Source: Tubiluchus corallicola
Taxonomy: Eukaryota > Animalia > Priapulida
Assembly (NCBI GenBank): GCA_030141605.1
Contig: JAQGDQ010000015.1
Span: 1,302,001-1,366,000 of the forward strand
Direction: 5' to 3'
Length of the DNA: 64,000 bases
The notes beneath the pieces are model-generated. The model ran no database searches, was not told the DNA's origin, and saw nothing but the letters and a program-made list of their open reading frames with translations. This document shows positions 39,933-55,195 of this stretch, piece after piece (the stretch's first letter is position 1; the number at the start of each line of letters is the position of its first letter). A program made the position numbers and the translations under genes.

Positions 39933-41465
39933 TAGTTTAGTTTATTGACGAAAAACACAATACAATATACAGTACAACGAACATAAAAAATCACACATCA
40001 CAAAAAGCACCCAATAGTTGAGTATAATCGTCATATTGAAACAGTAGAGGTTAAACAGTAAATAGTATTTACACGTTTACAAAAATAATATAATTACAAT
40101 AACGTGCTTTTATCTTCAATTGAATATGATTTTCTGTGACTAAAATGTTATTTTTCTTCTTTCAAAACAGTCTGTAATATAATTTGAAATTAAATTTGCA
40201 AGTTCAGGTTCATTTCCATTCATCAGAAATACATGTATTTCCACCTGTACTGTAAGTTTCATAACCTTTTGGGAAATTTTCACTGACATGAGAAACAGGT
40301 TGTCTTAAATCATTATAATAGTTATGTTCAAGAATTAAGTGCTTTTCGTCATCAATTTTCTGATCATAACAAAAATGGCATAGTCTGTTGTTAATGGGGA
40401 TTTTAGGTTTGGTGTATCGGCCCTTTTTCCAATAGAGAGGTTGTGTGAGCTAATGCGCAACTTCAACAAGTATTTTACTTCTACAAACTCATTTTTAAAC
40501 TTGGAAAAAGATCGTAACTTGTTCTTTTCGTTAACAGTTTTATCACTTTCTTTGGTGATATTTTCCATTAATTTGAATAGTTAGTTTGCAGTTTTAATTT
40601 CAGGAAATTAATAAACTGTTCTTGTCTAATGGACTCTATACTCTGAGCCTCCCAAATATGTGAGCATCCTGTATGATTAAAATAAATTTTAACCAGCAGA
40701 CGGCATCATGTTCCAAAGGCTGGACATTTTGCAAGTATGTTTGATACACTAATGAGTTTGCCAGGTAATTCAATATTCTTAACCAGTATTTCATTGCGCT
40801 TACAATCATATCAATGTAAAATGGGAAGCGCCCCAGTTCTCCACGAATTGCGTGATTAACAGAGTATTTCCCAACACGGAGAACGAGTTTGCATACCTTT
40901 ATATTTATTAATTCGGCAGGGAAGTCATTTACATTTTCGATACATACCGCATTGTTATTTATGACTTTCCGTTCGTTAAAAGAGAATGGCGCTCAAGATT
41001 CAGCTGAATACAAGGTTACTGGTTATATTAAGCTCTCAAACAGTCTTATTAGTATTTTGTAATTTATATTAATACCCCAAAATTTTTATCTGCATTTGAA
41101 AAAGGCCTTCATTGCTTTATTATACAAGTCCTACTTTGCCTTTATGAACCGCTGGCATTGAAATTGATACCCAGTTCTGCGCTGTTTCTATCTTATCTGA
41201 ACCTAATTTAAACGCATGTTTACGCCTATTTATTTTGTGATTTCCTTTATTAAATACCACTACTTTTGTCTTTTCAGTATTAATGTTAAGTAGCTATTTG
41301 TCACAGCAAAGATTAAGTTGATCAAGGCAATTTTGCAGGCCTAACTGAGTTGTAGAAAGTATTACTATATCGTCTGCATACATAAGTAAATTAAGATTGT
41401 TATTTTGTATTGGAGGGTCACATGATTGACAAAAAATGTCAATAATGTCGTTGAGCAATAAATTA
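39933..41465 (-). mobile_element. 5'-truncated decayed non-LTR retrotransposon (RTE-X-like RT and C-terminus)
   Basis: Minus-strand fragments LLMYADDIVILSTTQLGLQNCLDQL, NINTEKTKVVVF, AIRGELGRFPF, MKYWLRI, KLRSFSKFK, KLRISSHNLSI, GRYTKPKIPINNRLCHFC..IDDEKH. The 3' end has AATAAA followed by short (CTAAA) repeats near 39935-39946. Clade assignment is tentative. Confidence 0.88.
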
Positions 41466-41469
41466 AGAA

Positions 41470-41597
41470 ACGTGGCTTTTCTCTGAGAGTAAATGTGCAA
41501 CGTGTAAAGGGCTTGATAACTTCTCTCGCAACTCGTGTAAAATGTGTTGCAATTTTACTCTCAGAGAGCAGTTGCACAACTACGTCTGATTGCACCG
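41470..41597. mobile_element. Diverged copy of the 25463-25590 MITE family at the LINE truncation point
   Basis: Shares 'ttctctcgcaact', 'tttactctcagagag' and 'tacgtctga'. Confidence 0.7.
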
Positions 41598-44500
41598 TGA
41601 GAACCTGAAAGAAGAACCAAAATGTGACAAGCCACTTTCAATTCACGTTAATTTGCAAACGCAGAAGGCTAGACATACGAAACTCGCAGGGTCTATACCT
41701 GGGGTAGAGGCCTTGAAAGCGGGCTGGTGAACAGTGACCTCTGCCAAAGGGTTAAGGGCACCGGATATCAAGTGTGAACATTGTCACGGCATTGCGCTTG
41801 CGGATTTGGAGCTGCCTTCATTCAGTCTTGTTATTTTTTTTTAAAAATCCCGAAGATAAAACAGTTGATGCCCAAAAAAGTCACTATCTTATCAGTTGTA
41901 GCCTACCTACACGCATGTATACAATACTGTCATTTAGAACTGCTTTGAGTGTTTGAGTGTGAATACTTGGACGTTATGTATTAAGAGCCGAGTAGTTTTT
42001 TGGTACAATTTGAAGACTATTGAACTAGGTGAATCATGATAATAAGTAACGCGATAGCTAATCACGTAGGTATATATTTCACTGCAGAGTCTTTTTGATA
42101 ATCTGCAAAGCAAATGTAATCCGCCAGAAGGCTAAACGTATTTATTCACACAGATTCTGTTCAAGCATTTAACCTAATGAAATATCAGCAAAAACATGAC
42201 TATGTATATAAGATCTCATCTTGTTACTGGTTAGAGCATGTTTGTCCATTAATGTATAGCTAGGCATCACGTTTCAGCAGATGCCTATGTGTATGGATAA
42301 TATCGTGGTAATTGATGTGCAAGCACCATTTTCATTATTTGCTCATATTGCTTATGTAGTAAAACTGATATCCATTTGCCAAATGAATACTTGGAATTTA
42401 TTGAATATTTAACAACTGCATCGATTATAATTGCGTTTCTCGACATATTTCAACTTTTATGACAATTAAACTTATCACTATAGTAATGTTGACTTATGAA
42501 TAACATAAATTTTATTCTTATTGACAGAAGAGAAATTAATAAAAAAATCATCTCACAGTTAAGAAAGGAGGAAAACCGACATTTGAAATTACCACTGTAG
42601 TTTACTTTAGGTGAAAAAAGGAAAAATGATGACTATTTTTAGGGAATTATTTTAATATTATTAACGCACAAAGATCTCACACGAATACAATTATATAGAA
42701 ATAAACACAAAAGCACAACAAAGAAAATTATGCTCTATCACTCTAACCAGTGATTTTATGCATAACACGTCCGAGTTTTCCCTGTGTTTTTTTATTTGTT
42801 GTGCTTTTGTGTTTTTTCTATGTGATTGTATTATTTTCAATATTACAACTTTGTGTGTTAGTAATATAAAAAAATTCTCAAAAAATTGTATCAGTAATTC
42901 CAAAAATGGGATCTTTTACTTTCTTATAATGAAGATAAACTATAATTTCCGCGGTACGTTTTTCAGTAATCTGTGTCCACATGGACTGGACAGTGAACAC
43001 TCTGTGCAATATATCACATCATAGGTGGTCTTTTGATCTTGCTTTAGCTATCACAAAGGTTAATAACTCGACACACACAAACTAGGCGTGATTTATAATG
43101 TATGGAACACACCAGCACGGACTCATCAGGTATAGCCAGGTACACGGGCACACAGCCATATCAAACAATAATATTTATTATGTCTACATAGTGCAAGTTA
43201 CGTAGGCAGTTGGCAAACAAGATGTACACCGAGTAAGAGGCCACATCGTTACACTCCCTCACTCTTGTATTGCTTCATGTATAGTTTGTGTGTTGTTGGC
43301 TACTTCACAGTGTTGATGTTAGTATTTTGTTTGCTTTATACCTCATAGTGTGGTTTGAGGAAAAGCTATTGGACACCCATACCAAAGACTTACGTTAAAT
43401 TAACAAACGGCAACGTAACTTTTATTGCGTTTTCACTGGATTGCATTTTTATGGATACATTTGAATTATACATTTTTGACCTGATTACTTGAGTGGCACC
43501 TTCGTATTCATAATTTACAGATTTGGAAAAAGTGCGATTATCTTCGTATGAAAACGTAAGTTTGTTTTATACAGTACAATTATTTAACCAGTTTTGTTTT
43601 ATTTGGTATTATTAGAGCTTACGTGCCAAAATTGTATCTCGTGACAAAATTCACATGATTGATGTTTCCTGGCGCTTGGAATATGGAGCCTGCAACCTGT
43701 GCGCTCTCACACCTTCAAAATCCATATAAGTGGTGTCGAGTTTGCAGGCAACAACTTTCGCGTTCGCGTTTTGTCTTAAAAAATTCTCGAAGTTTCCTCT
43801 TAGATATCGTAATAGTTTCTAATTGTTCTCATTTAGTTTGACTGACAACTACAAATTTGTAGAAATTCGCATACATTCACAATAAAAGGTTTGGTTATTC
43901 TGTCTAACCAATCGTGAATGCCAGGTATCGACATGGCGCTTTTGATTTCTTCCCATCGCAAGTATGTTATTGTGTCACTTTGGAAATAATCGTTTTTATC
44001 TTTACATTCTGCTTTCATATGTGTGTACCTAATGTACCTCATTCATTCTGATAAACCATTTAACGACAGTGCCGGACGAAAGAAATAAATTTCTGCGTAA
44101 CACTTATTACAAGGGAACACCTCTGCAAGTTGTCAAAATTAAGATAATAATAATAAAAGCAATGTAAATTTACAATAATTACCATAAGTGTGCCTACTAT
44201 TGTAATTCATAGTTTTAGTGTAATAAATTAATTATACTAGATTACACAAAACCCATTTATAAGGTTTTATTTGGGGTTATTAAATTAATTCGCCTGGTAT
44301 ACCTGCGTGTGTAACCTAGAACGCAATATAGAGTTGTACCTGAAGTGAAATGCAAATAAATGCCATTTCTCTGACTGAAACCCGAAGAACGCCAATTTTG
44401 CAACATGACGACATGCGCCACGACTACGGGTGTGTACTGTGAACCCGACAAGTCATAATATAACCACCTTAATATATTACTAATACGAAGAATTAATTAT

Positions 44501-45400
44501 GTAATTTAAATAGAACTACCTTACGCATTACAAATATACATTGAAGTGCATGCATTGCTCATGCAGGGAATTGGTAAATCGTATATATTTATACAGTACG
44601 TCAGCGATTCATGCTTAATTTCAATACCCAAATTATTAGTTCTTAGGTGCATCTAAAGGTAAATGTTCTCTCTGTGCACGACAATATTGCACTGACTTCG
44701 GGAGTTTTTTGCTGTGTGTATTACATAACTCCAAATTCGCAATTGTACATCAGCTCGCCTCATTTTCCTTGTCCATAATCGCTACGAAAGAAATAAAAAT
44801 AACCACTAAAAGTTCCAATAACGTAGTCATGATAGACTAGTGCAAAAACAAAATAAGTCTTTCGTTTATTCGTTAATATAAGCACAGTTGCACAGGTTGA
44901 CAAACAAAATAAGCATCAGATAAAAATAAATTACGTAGTCCGTTATGATGCCTTCATTTTACGGGCGGGACAATTGTCAGTTAATAGCAGTTTAATTGTT
45001 TTGTCTTGTTACTTTAATGATGTAGATTAAATATTTTTTCAGAAAATCTGTTAAATAAGCACAAGCCCATGGTGTTACTGCGTGTCTGCTCTCAATGAAC
45101 TAAGCCTTATCTTTACAGTTACCAGATCAAGTATTGCTTTGGTAAAAACCATTGCAAAGTGTCGACAAACAATTAGAACGTTTACCTTTTAGACTGCTTG
45201 CCTAAAAATCACCCTGCCTATCATCACAAAAGTTTGATCAGGCGACCCCAGCAGACAAAAATGACTGGCAAACAAAAATAGGCAACTTGATGAAGTTTGC
45301 CCAAAAAGTTTGTCCCGAAGGGTTACCTGAAAAAGTTCACAAAACTGGATTTGAGATGTACAGTCAAAAGGCCACTATTTTACTCCCTCTATGCACAAAA

Positions 45401-45522
45401 GAGGAAAGCTACTTCATCAGAGGGAATTTAACCGAGCCATTAATTTAAAACATCTCAACATGCACAACATAGGAAAGCTACATCTTTAGAGGGAATTTAC
45501 CCGAGCCATGAATTTAAAGCAT
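45401..45522. repeat. Diverged direct duplication of about 52 bp
   Basis: 'aggaaagctac...agagggaattta.ccgagccat.aatttaaa.cat' occurs twice, about 70 bp apart. Confidence 0.85.
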
Positions 45523-46584
45523 AATTAATTTTGTTATCATTGTCATTGTCCTTGCTACCACCATTATCACAATCACTTCACTACCGTCATGATCATGATT
45601 GTCATTGTCATCGTCATTGTTAAGATCATAATCAACGTAGTGTCATTATCTTTTTAACTGTAACGCCTAAACTTGCATTCCAGCTATTCCTTTGATCACT
45701 GCCATAGTCTTGCTGCAGCAGTAATTTTAAAATGTGTTATTTTTTGCATGTTTTGTTGTGTTTTTGTGTGTACTACGTCCTTAAAGAATAAATAACTATT
45801 AATATTACTTCAGTGCCTTTGCTGCAACCACTATATTGCTGCTATAACTTTTTGCCCGCTGTCATCATGGCTCGTCTATAAAAACTATCTTTGAACTAAG
45901 AAAATCTAGTGTAACTTCAGAAAAGAGATTTACAAAAAAGGTCTTTAAGCTAAATAGCTAATTCACCATGCACGTCCAGCCACGACTTAGTAACAAGAAT
46001 GAGAATAAAAGTATTTTTATTTCACAATGTGCAAAAATATACACAATATCAAAGAAGTCAATGCATTCAAGTAAAAATCAAAACATCACAGCTTCATTAA
46101 TTTCTTGTTCGTTTTGCAGTGCTGGCCGTTTCGTCATATGCCACGACGTATAGAGTTAACATAGAGTTCATAAAATTCCATTTAAATTCCGAGCTGTGAA
46201 TACCCGATGGTCATTCTACCTGATTCAATTTGACTAAGTCAGTTCGGCGGAATCGCCAACGTAATTTGAATCCGGTTTGCTTCCGTTTCTAGCAACTTGT
46301 ACAAATAAATCCAAATGCAGAAGCTTGTCTCGTCGTCTAGTTTACACCGTGTTGTCGTGTGTTGCACTGACTTTGTACAGTACCAAATCGTATAAATCTA
46401 TTATACGGTTCAGAAAGTGTATGCGTAAACTGTGTATGTAACTATGTGAGCATGTTGCAAAAGTCTATTTGCCAAACAGTTGCACCTGGGTACTTGCAAC
46501 TTGAAAACTGCAGTACTGGAGGGAGCATCTTTTTAATAATTCGCCTTAAGTAAGTTATTGAAGTCAAAGGTCAAAATTACGTTT

Positions 46585-46685
46585 AGAGAGAGAGAGACAG
46601 AGAGAGAGAGAGGGGGGGGTGAGGGGAGGGGGAGGGGAGGGGAGTGAGAGGGAGAGGGAGAGAGAAAGAAAGTGGGGAAGGAGGA
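46585..46685. repeat. (GA)n and G-run polypurine tract
   Basis: Directly visible, with more than four G3+ runs. Confidence 0.9.
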
Positions 46686-48039
46686 AAATGCAGTGAAAGA
46701 CAGAAATAAATAAACTGACGGAAGTGCCTTATCCGAAATCAAACGTAGCATACAGCTAAATAAAGAATAATGACCTGAATACGGCGTTTATTTATTTGTT
46801 ATTATTTTTTAAAGCTGAAGATATATCTTATAGTTATAGTTGGCTATACTAGTACGGTTTAGTCAGAATATGCTGCAAGCAACGCACTCTGTCGATCAAA
46901 AGCGAAAGTATCATGACGTTCTTTAATGGCTTTGAAGCAGACATCAATTACACGTAGAATTGTTGGTTCATTTAAATTTTGTGCGAATTTTGAAGCAAAG
47001 CTTTAAGCATATGAAACTGTACTGACAGCTTATGTCCTTAATTACTTTTACATTTACTAGAGTTGTAATCTTCCGCCCTTTTTCTCTTAAAAATGCGCGC
47101 AGTGCTAAGTGCGTGCCCATAATAATTAATAATTACCATACACTCGACTCGTTGCTCGCCCTGGGACGTACGAGACGAGAAAGTAAGCTGCCAATTATGC
47201 ATCAATGAATGAACTGAATGCCAAATCATCATACAGTGCAAGCAGACTGCTCGGCTTCTCTGCCAAAGCAACTACTTTACATGTGGTATCAATCCGCACA
47301 TTCCCAGCTCCATTTAATGTAAGTTTAATTTAATTAACGATGCTTATGTGGAAATAACAATTATTGCTAGCGTGCCTCATTTAAGCCTGTTGGTGCTCGA
47401 CAGCATCGTCAAGGAGCAACGAACTGTCACAACATTGGACGTTACCAATAACCCTATAACGCAGAAAAAATAGTTCCTCATGACAGGGATTACAATTGCA
47501 ACAATTTAAATATTTTCTGCTAATATTTGCTTCAGAGTTTTCCAGTGTATGTATAGTTGCAGTCACAGAAAAAAGCGGGCTGCAAGAGAAATTATCGAAG
47601 ACTTAATGAACTAATGAGTTAATAAAGACTTAATGAGACTCAATACCCAGATAGTATCGGCAGTTTTCAAGCTAACAATTTCACGTTTTTATTTTTATTT
47701 ATTTTATTTATTTACAATACATCTACGTTTATATCGCCTTATTAGAACAATAGAACAATATTGCGAAACTAGTAGTGAATTGCAGCTAAAATGCCTATAA
47801 ACTGCTGGTACAGAAACAAATTAAATGTAATTTAGAATCCGAGTTTTACTGAAACGCAAACATAAACATAAAAATTACTTTTTGATTACAATCAAGCTAA
47901 AATATTTGTTTTGCCATTGCAGTTGCCAAGTGGCTACCTTGTAAATACGTAGGAGTTTAATTCCATAAAATTTAACTCCATGCATTAAGGTTTGCAAAAC
48001 AAAGCAAAAAAATTCAAAGGCTATAATTATTGTTTTACA

Positions 48040-48071
<32 letters not shown>

Positions 48072-51000
48072 CATATTATATACACAATGGCTTCTTAACG
48101 TATTTTTCAATGACAAGCCAATCTTGGGGGATTTAAAATCCTTTTCCTAAATAATTCATAATAACTTTCATAATAATTGTGTTCATTTGATCATACATAT
48201 ACTTTACAGGTTTATAGGATTTTGTAAAATCTCCTTGCGCGAAGACCTAATAATCGAAAGATAAAATAATAAGATAATAAAAGAATTACTGGAAAGTTCA
48301 TTATAATAGGTATAAGCATTACGTTTTCTTATAATAGGGATAGAAAGCTGTGATATTCAGGATAAATAAGAAAAACGATCGTAGAAATAATACTAATATT
48401 TAACGATATTGAGAACAAGTATCAAAATGTATGTTTTATTTAAGTTATTTATTTACTTAGCTGTTCCACTGGTCACCAGCCATCTAGATTTTAAAGACAA
48501 TTGAAAGTTAAAAAGCAAAAATTTTCAGTTGACTTAAAAAGCAAACTACGACACTCTTAGTTTATATAACAATCTATAACGTAAGTAACTTTATACCTAA
48601 ATGAGAATGTAACATATAGTAAATTATTCGCAAAGAAATTGAAAAGTATAAATATGTGACTAGCATGACTTACTGAATGACCTGCAGAATACAGACGTAT
48701 TGGCTGACTGTCTAACGGACAGATTAGACATGACTGACTGGTTAATCGACTCACTCATTTACTTAGTGACAAAGGTTTGGTGATTGTCAAATTGACTGAC
48801 TAGCTGATCGACCAACTGCCTGGCTAACCTACTGACTGTCTAATTAAATGACAGACTTCAGCCTGGGGGGGTTGAAAAGCAGACATGCATGACTGATTGT
48901 ATGACTCACTAACGCACCAACTTACTAATTCTTACTGACTTGTCTGACTATCCGCTATCTGATTTCAAATAGCGAGTTCGAAAGTATTTGTCAAGCTTGG
49001 GACTGATAAAAACATGAATATATAAGATAGTATCTACTCCACAAATTAAAGTGTTAGTTCAGTAGCTTATTGTGACTAAGCCTGAAAAATTACCTTCGTT
49101 TTCCGAGTTACATTCTGCTTATCATCAATCCAAGAATGGGTATAGCAGCGGATCTATTATACAAGTAACAAGGATTATTGAACTAGAAGATTGGTGGTCC
49201 TACGTAAAAATCCAAGAGATTTCCGTAGTTAGGTCGATTAAGAGTCATAATTCAGTATTTTGAGTGTGTCTTCGCATGCTGATCTCGGCTCTCCAACTGC
49301 CCATTAATCAACTGCATATATTTTCCATATTGTTTTTAAGCGCCTGTCCTTTTTAAATAAAAATTAACTATTTTTTGTAAAATGTTGTAATTTTCAAAAT
49401 TAGAGCTCTTCTTCATTCTACTGCAATTACATTAACAATTAGTCAGCGGCTACAGCAAGAGCTTGCGTGAGCTTCTTAATTATTTATCATTATAATATGC
49501 TAATTATTTATAATTATCGAATGACGGCTTTTCGTGCTTTGTATGCGTCCTACAGGCAGCAATCCTACAGCGAAACTGGATATATTATATATTATCTGTA
49601 TTAACATAGTCGTGTAAGATAATACATGGTTAACTTGTTTGCTAATTTCTTGGCAGAAAAAGGAGTTCCAACCTTAAAAGAAGACAGGATGATTTTTCAT
49701 ATACTACCTCATTTTCAAGGCCGATAAAAATTATACATTTTAACACAATTAAGACCGCAAAAGTGTTTCTGATAATTAAACAATAGATTAAAAATTTAAT
49801 TAATGGCGGACAAGCCCAACTATTGATGACATCACAAATTGACATAATTTTCAACGGCAAACGTATTCCACGAGCGTGTTGCACGTTTTTGCGAAAACGA
49901 AAATTGAAGTACAGTGCTACTCTAAGATATTCAGTGTGTTGTACTAAGTTTCAAGATAAAAATTCAAATTTCAAATTCACCGTTGTACTCACGCATGAGC
50001 TGTCGAGCGTGTGTATTCACAAACTAACACACGTGAATTGAGAGCTACAGCACTTGTTTTTGTGCAATGCATTTCCGAAATGCGAGCGCTAGTGCCCGTC
50101 TAACCAGCAACTGGCGAAATGCATGTAAAAGCGAAGAACTTACAGCGCGAAGGTGAAATTGTGTAATTCTTTCACGTAAGTCGTTTTTGAAAAAATAGTA
50201 TGTTTCCTTTCAATATTTTAAAAAGTAGATTGTTTTGACCTTCAGTTTAAGATTGGGTCCGGTTTTACTTTAAATAAGTTTTAAATGAGTTTTCATATAA
50301 AGTTTGTCTAATGGTACTCTATTGATTAAACAACTTATCTAAGTCGCAAGAAGTTGTTGCCAGTTGTCACATACTTCTTGAAAGGTTAAAGACGCTACAC
50401 GCATAATCTTATTAACGAGTAAATTTCAATTAACAAGTCTTTTGTAATCAACCAATAGATGTCACTTTATTCACTGTGCACTCGTTGAGCGAGCCGGGCA
50501 AACCAGTTTAATTGGTCTTATATCTTTTCAAATAAATGAAGCCATTAAAACGCTGCGTCTAAAAGATCTATTCATCCGTTGTACACAATGGAGCGCTATC
50601 TACGATCAAAGTCATTAACGGATTACTTTACGACAGGGAATTTAAATAAGTTTATGAGGTGATCGATTATTTACGTCTATAGAATGTGGAACAGAAAAAT
50701 GGTACACTACTTACGCTGATAACAGTTTGGTTCTTGGTTTGTAACAAACGTAATCGTCGACGTCGTCATTATCGTAATGATCACTGCATGTTTATGATCA
50801 ACTGAGACATCACTGAGAACCTTGGTGCGCAGTGGCTCACTAAAACTCTTGGTGTACACTTTTTATGCAATTTAGCACACTGCAAGCTGATAGCTAGCAC
50901 TCAGTCTGCTACTAACGTTTATTTGTGGCGACAGGACTGGAACGTGAACTCTGGCACACACAGTAAGTCTGACTTCAGTCAGCGTCACTGCCATCGCATG

Positions 51001-54000
51001 ATTTCTGGCAATCATTATTATCACTCTGATGTATGGCGATAAAATTTTTCTATAAGAGCACACATATAGGTTAAACAAAATATATGTAAGACATTAAGAT
51101 TACACATTACAATATAAGACTGAAAATAATTCTATTTTTACCGACACGGTTGCCTGCTTTGCTATCCCAACACTGGCGTCCAAATAACATCATATAGAAA
51201 AAAATTAAATTTATTAAAAACAGCGATTTGATTTCGAAGCCGGTATCATCTCATAATTCTATCACAAGAATATTTAGCACAAATTCGAATGCGGATAATC
51301 AACTTTGCTATCAAAATCTAGGTAATAATAAAATCAACAGAGATGTTAAACTCTAAAAGAGAATTAGTTTAGTTGTTGCAATATATTTAATCTAATATAA
51401 AGTTTTAAAAAATGCCACTTACTCATGCTGTTATTGTTAATTATTAACGTACTGTGAGGACCTTTCAAAATCCTGAAATAAAACAATCTTTCACTGGAAT
51501 AATGTTTTTTGTATTTAGGACATGTATCATTGTTTTAGTGCATTGAACCGCGTTTCTCTCTATATAATATAATGTCTTTATAGTTTTTCCAAGTCACAGA
51601 ACTCAAACGATTGCTGAATGTAAATTTCAATATAAATTTTGCTCGTTATTTTTCTCATTAGTTTCCACTGCTTCTTCCAATGACAAGCTTTGATCTTTCA
51701 TCCACTCTAATAAGAGAATAAGACTTCTACATTTTTGCAGCTGTCAAGTTGCACGGAGTTTAGTAACTAACTTGTTATAGTAATTTTTAGTATAATTAAA
51801 CATTTTATTGTAACCGATGGAAAACGACGGTAAAGTAATTGAGGGGGTAGTTGAAGGTTAAAAGTTAAGATTGCAAAATGATGCCTTGTAACTAATGTTA
51901 CGCTGGAATGGAGGCGATTGAATACTACCTTCCTTGTTTGCCCCCTTTTCTTTCTTTCTCTCTCTCTCTCTCTCTCTCTCCCTATCTGCTTCCACCCGTC
52001 TCTTTTCTTCTGCTCCTTCTCTCTTATTTGTGACTCTCTTTCCATCCCTATCTCATGCTCATTTTGCGAATTACATTATTGATACGGATTTCTCTTATTA
52101 ACCGCCTGTCTTCTTGCCGTTACGCACAATTATCTTATGTTATCATTCTTAAGTCACCTAAGTGATTCTATTTTCTCTCTAGGAAGCCCTCTGCGCAGAT
52201 GCCGTTCCATGCGCGAGCAACGCTATGGCTCTACCGCGCCAGGCTTCTTGAATAATAATAATTCGCAACAAACAAGAACGTGGCAGCAATTTAAACACGT
52301 TAGGTATGAAAAGAGTACTGACGCTGTGCTTCTGTTATTGAAAAACCATTGGTAGTTTTCGTATTTAACTTATCCTGAAACTGTGGATGTTTTCATTTGC
52401 AAGTTCGTTGGACTTAACAGGTTTGTTTTTACCTTTTTCCATGTCATATAATAACAAATAGTTACCACTTTGTTTTCTAAATGTTCAGCTCAATCAGTTT
52501 TTATCTGAAAGTCACAAGTAAAAAACGTGCAACTGACTGGATTTTTAGAATGATGCAGAGTCAGTATTAATAGTTTATTTTATTTCAGTGTAACTAACAG
52601 GTGACTTTCATATCTTATGTTCTTTTTTTAAGTATATGGTTTGTTTCGAATTGTTGTAAATACACTGCATTCATTCGTTTAGCTGTGTGCATAAATAAAT
52701 AAATAAACAATGTCGGTTAGTAGTTAAAAAAAAACTCATACCTTTACACAAATAAAATTTGTCATAAACTAACATACATACGCGATATTGAGTTTGATTT
52801 TACATCAGAGGACTCACAAATTATTCACAACATAAAGATTATATTTTGTTTTTCGAAGTTTTTCGAAGTATTTTGTTTAAAAACAGAAGTTGTAGCTTAA
52901 CTTCTACTACAGATAGCTTAAAAGCATGGGTTACTATTGGTTAGAGTTAGACGAACATAATCAATTTATTAATTTCCGCAAAAGCATTGGAACTGCTTTG
53001 CTTGTTTGCATGTTACTTCATTTTGTCTTTCGTCACAACTCACTTGGCAGTCTGGGCAAGCCGAATACTGAACATTATTTCACCGAGGATTCATTTAGCT
53101 GACTGATAGCACTAAAATTACATTATTTCTTCACCTATTGTCTGTTTCTGGAAACTGTAAACGCACGTACACGTTTTGTCTTACTTTTTTATTTTTCAAA
53201 ACTTCCAAAAAATATAATTTTTTATGAAATACTGGTCGGAAACTAAATGAAAAGTAATTAAATACCGCAAAAGACAACTCCATGTCTCTGAGCTGCATGG
53301 GTAGCCCTTGAACACATATATCATTCAAGCGTCGCGGGGTTTCATCTAATGAAGCCATAAACTGACGTAAATCTGCTAGTAGCTCTAGCAAGCTTCATTA
53401 CACTGCATTATTACCACCACTCACAGGTGTAAATGACCAAATGACTAAATAATTCAAATAACTCAAACGGATGCAAGAATGATATTTTAAATGTATTGCA
53501 GCGTGCTTTGCATTTGTCGCGCTCATTCGTGAATGCACAATGCAATGCGTAAATCCGATTATCTATTATACCGCAACATGCATTGCTGCTATTTTCCTAA
53601 TTACCTTGACGAGCAAATTCCAGAGACCAGAAATATTCCAGAAAAAATTTACTGAGCTAACAAAGACAACTATTCCAAGGCTCTTTTCTTGTCCAACATT
53701 GACCAACCAAGTCTTTCGAGGTCAGCATTTTAGACATTTTTACTTCTCTACCACGCTTTACCAAATTTATAAAATGGAATTCCGTGGATTTTAATAGCAC
53801 GTGTTAATGCGTACAACATACGTGCGGGTTGTTGGGTACGGGTAATTCATTGCCGGGTTGTCTTTACCGTCATTAGTACTCAAGACAGTACTTTTAACAC
53901 AAACACGTGCAAGTTAATGAATAGCCAGGTGGAGAAATAAACAGACACATCTTCGTTTTCCAATAATTGCTCATTGTACAATAATACAATGTATATATCC

Positions 54001-54069
54001 AATAATACAATGTATATATAATGTACATGACTGCTGCCTACGGCTACCAGTCATCATCTGGGTTTAGTG

Positions 54070-54460
54070 TAGAACTTTCAAGGGGAAGAAAAGGGAATTT
54101 TAAAGTACATCACAAAGAACTTTTCATACAAAGTTATATTACTTAGCATTACCTTTACCAGCTTAAACGACACTGCGTCACTGTCCCAGTGTGCACCACT
54201 CACCAAAAAACACATTATTAATCTTATAGACAATATTAAGCAACTTATACCTTGTTTAGTTAGCGAAGAGTGTGCTACGAATGCTGTGATTATTTTTTTA
54301 AACTTCACACAATCTTATTTAAATTTGTTTCAACTGACTTACCGTTAAATGGTTGGGCCTAACAGTCATCATGGAAGTAGGAATTAAAAATAAGTTTTAT
54401 ACATGTTAACGCAAACTCTGCTTGTAATAAGCTACATTAATGTCACACAAAATTTCAAAG
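54070..54460 (+). repeat. Diverged dispersed duplicate of about 400 bp, copy A
   Basis: Colinear with 60235-60680, e.g. 'gggaagaaaa...aattttaaagtaca', 'cagtgtgcac', 'ttaatcttat.gacaa', 'gaatgct.tgattatttt..aaactt'. Confidence 0.8.
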
Positions 54461-54572
54461 ACGAATTTTAAGCTTTATTTATGAAGAGTGTTTTCTCATC
54501 CAAATTAAGGCGCAGTTACGAAATAATGACTATATACAAAATTTTGCAAACAATTGTACAAGAACACTATGC

Positions 54573-55195
<623 letters not shown>

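Noticed and set aside
43105-43135. Hammerhead ribozyme on the minus strand (CTGATGAGTCCGTG)
   Set aside because: No complementary GGAC-GAAA follows, so stem II and the core cannot form.
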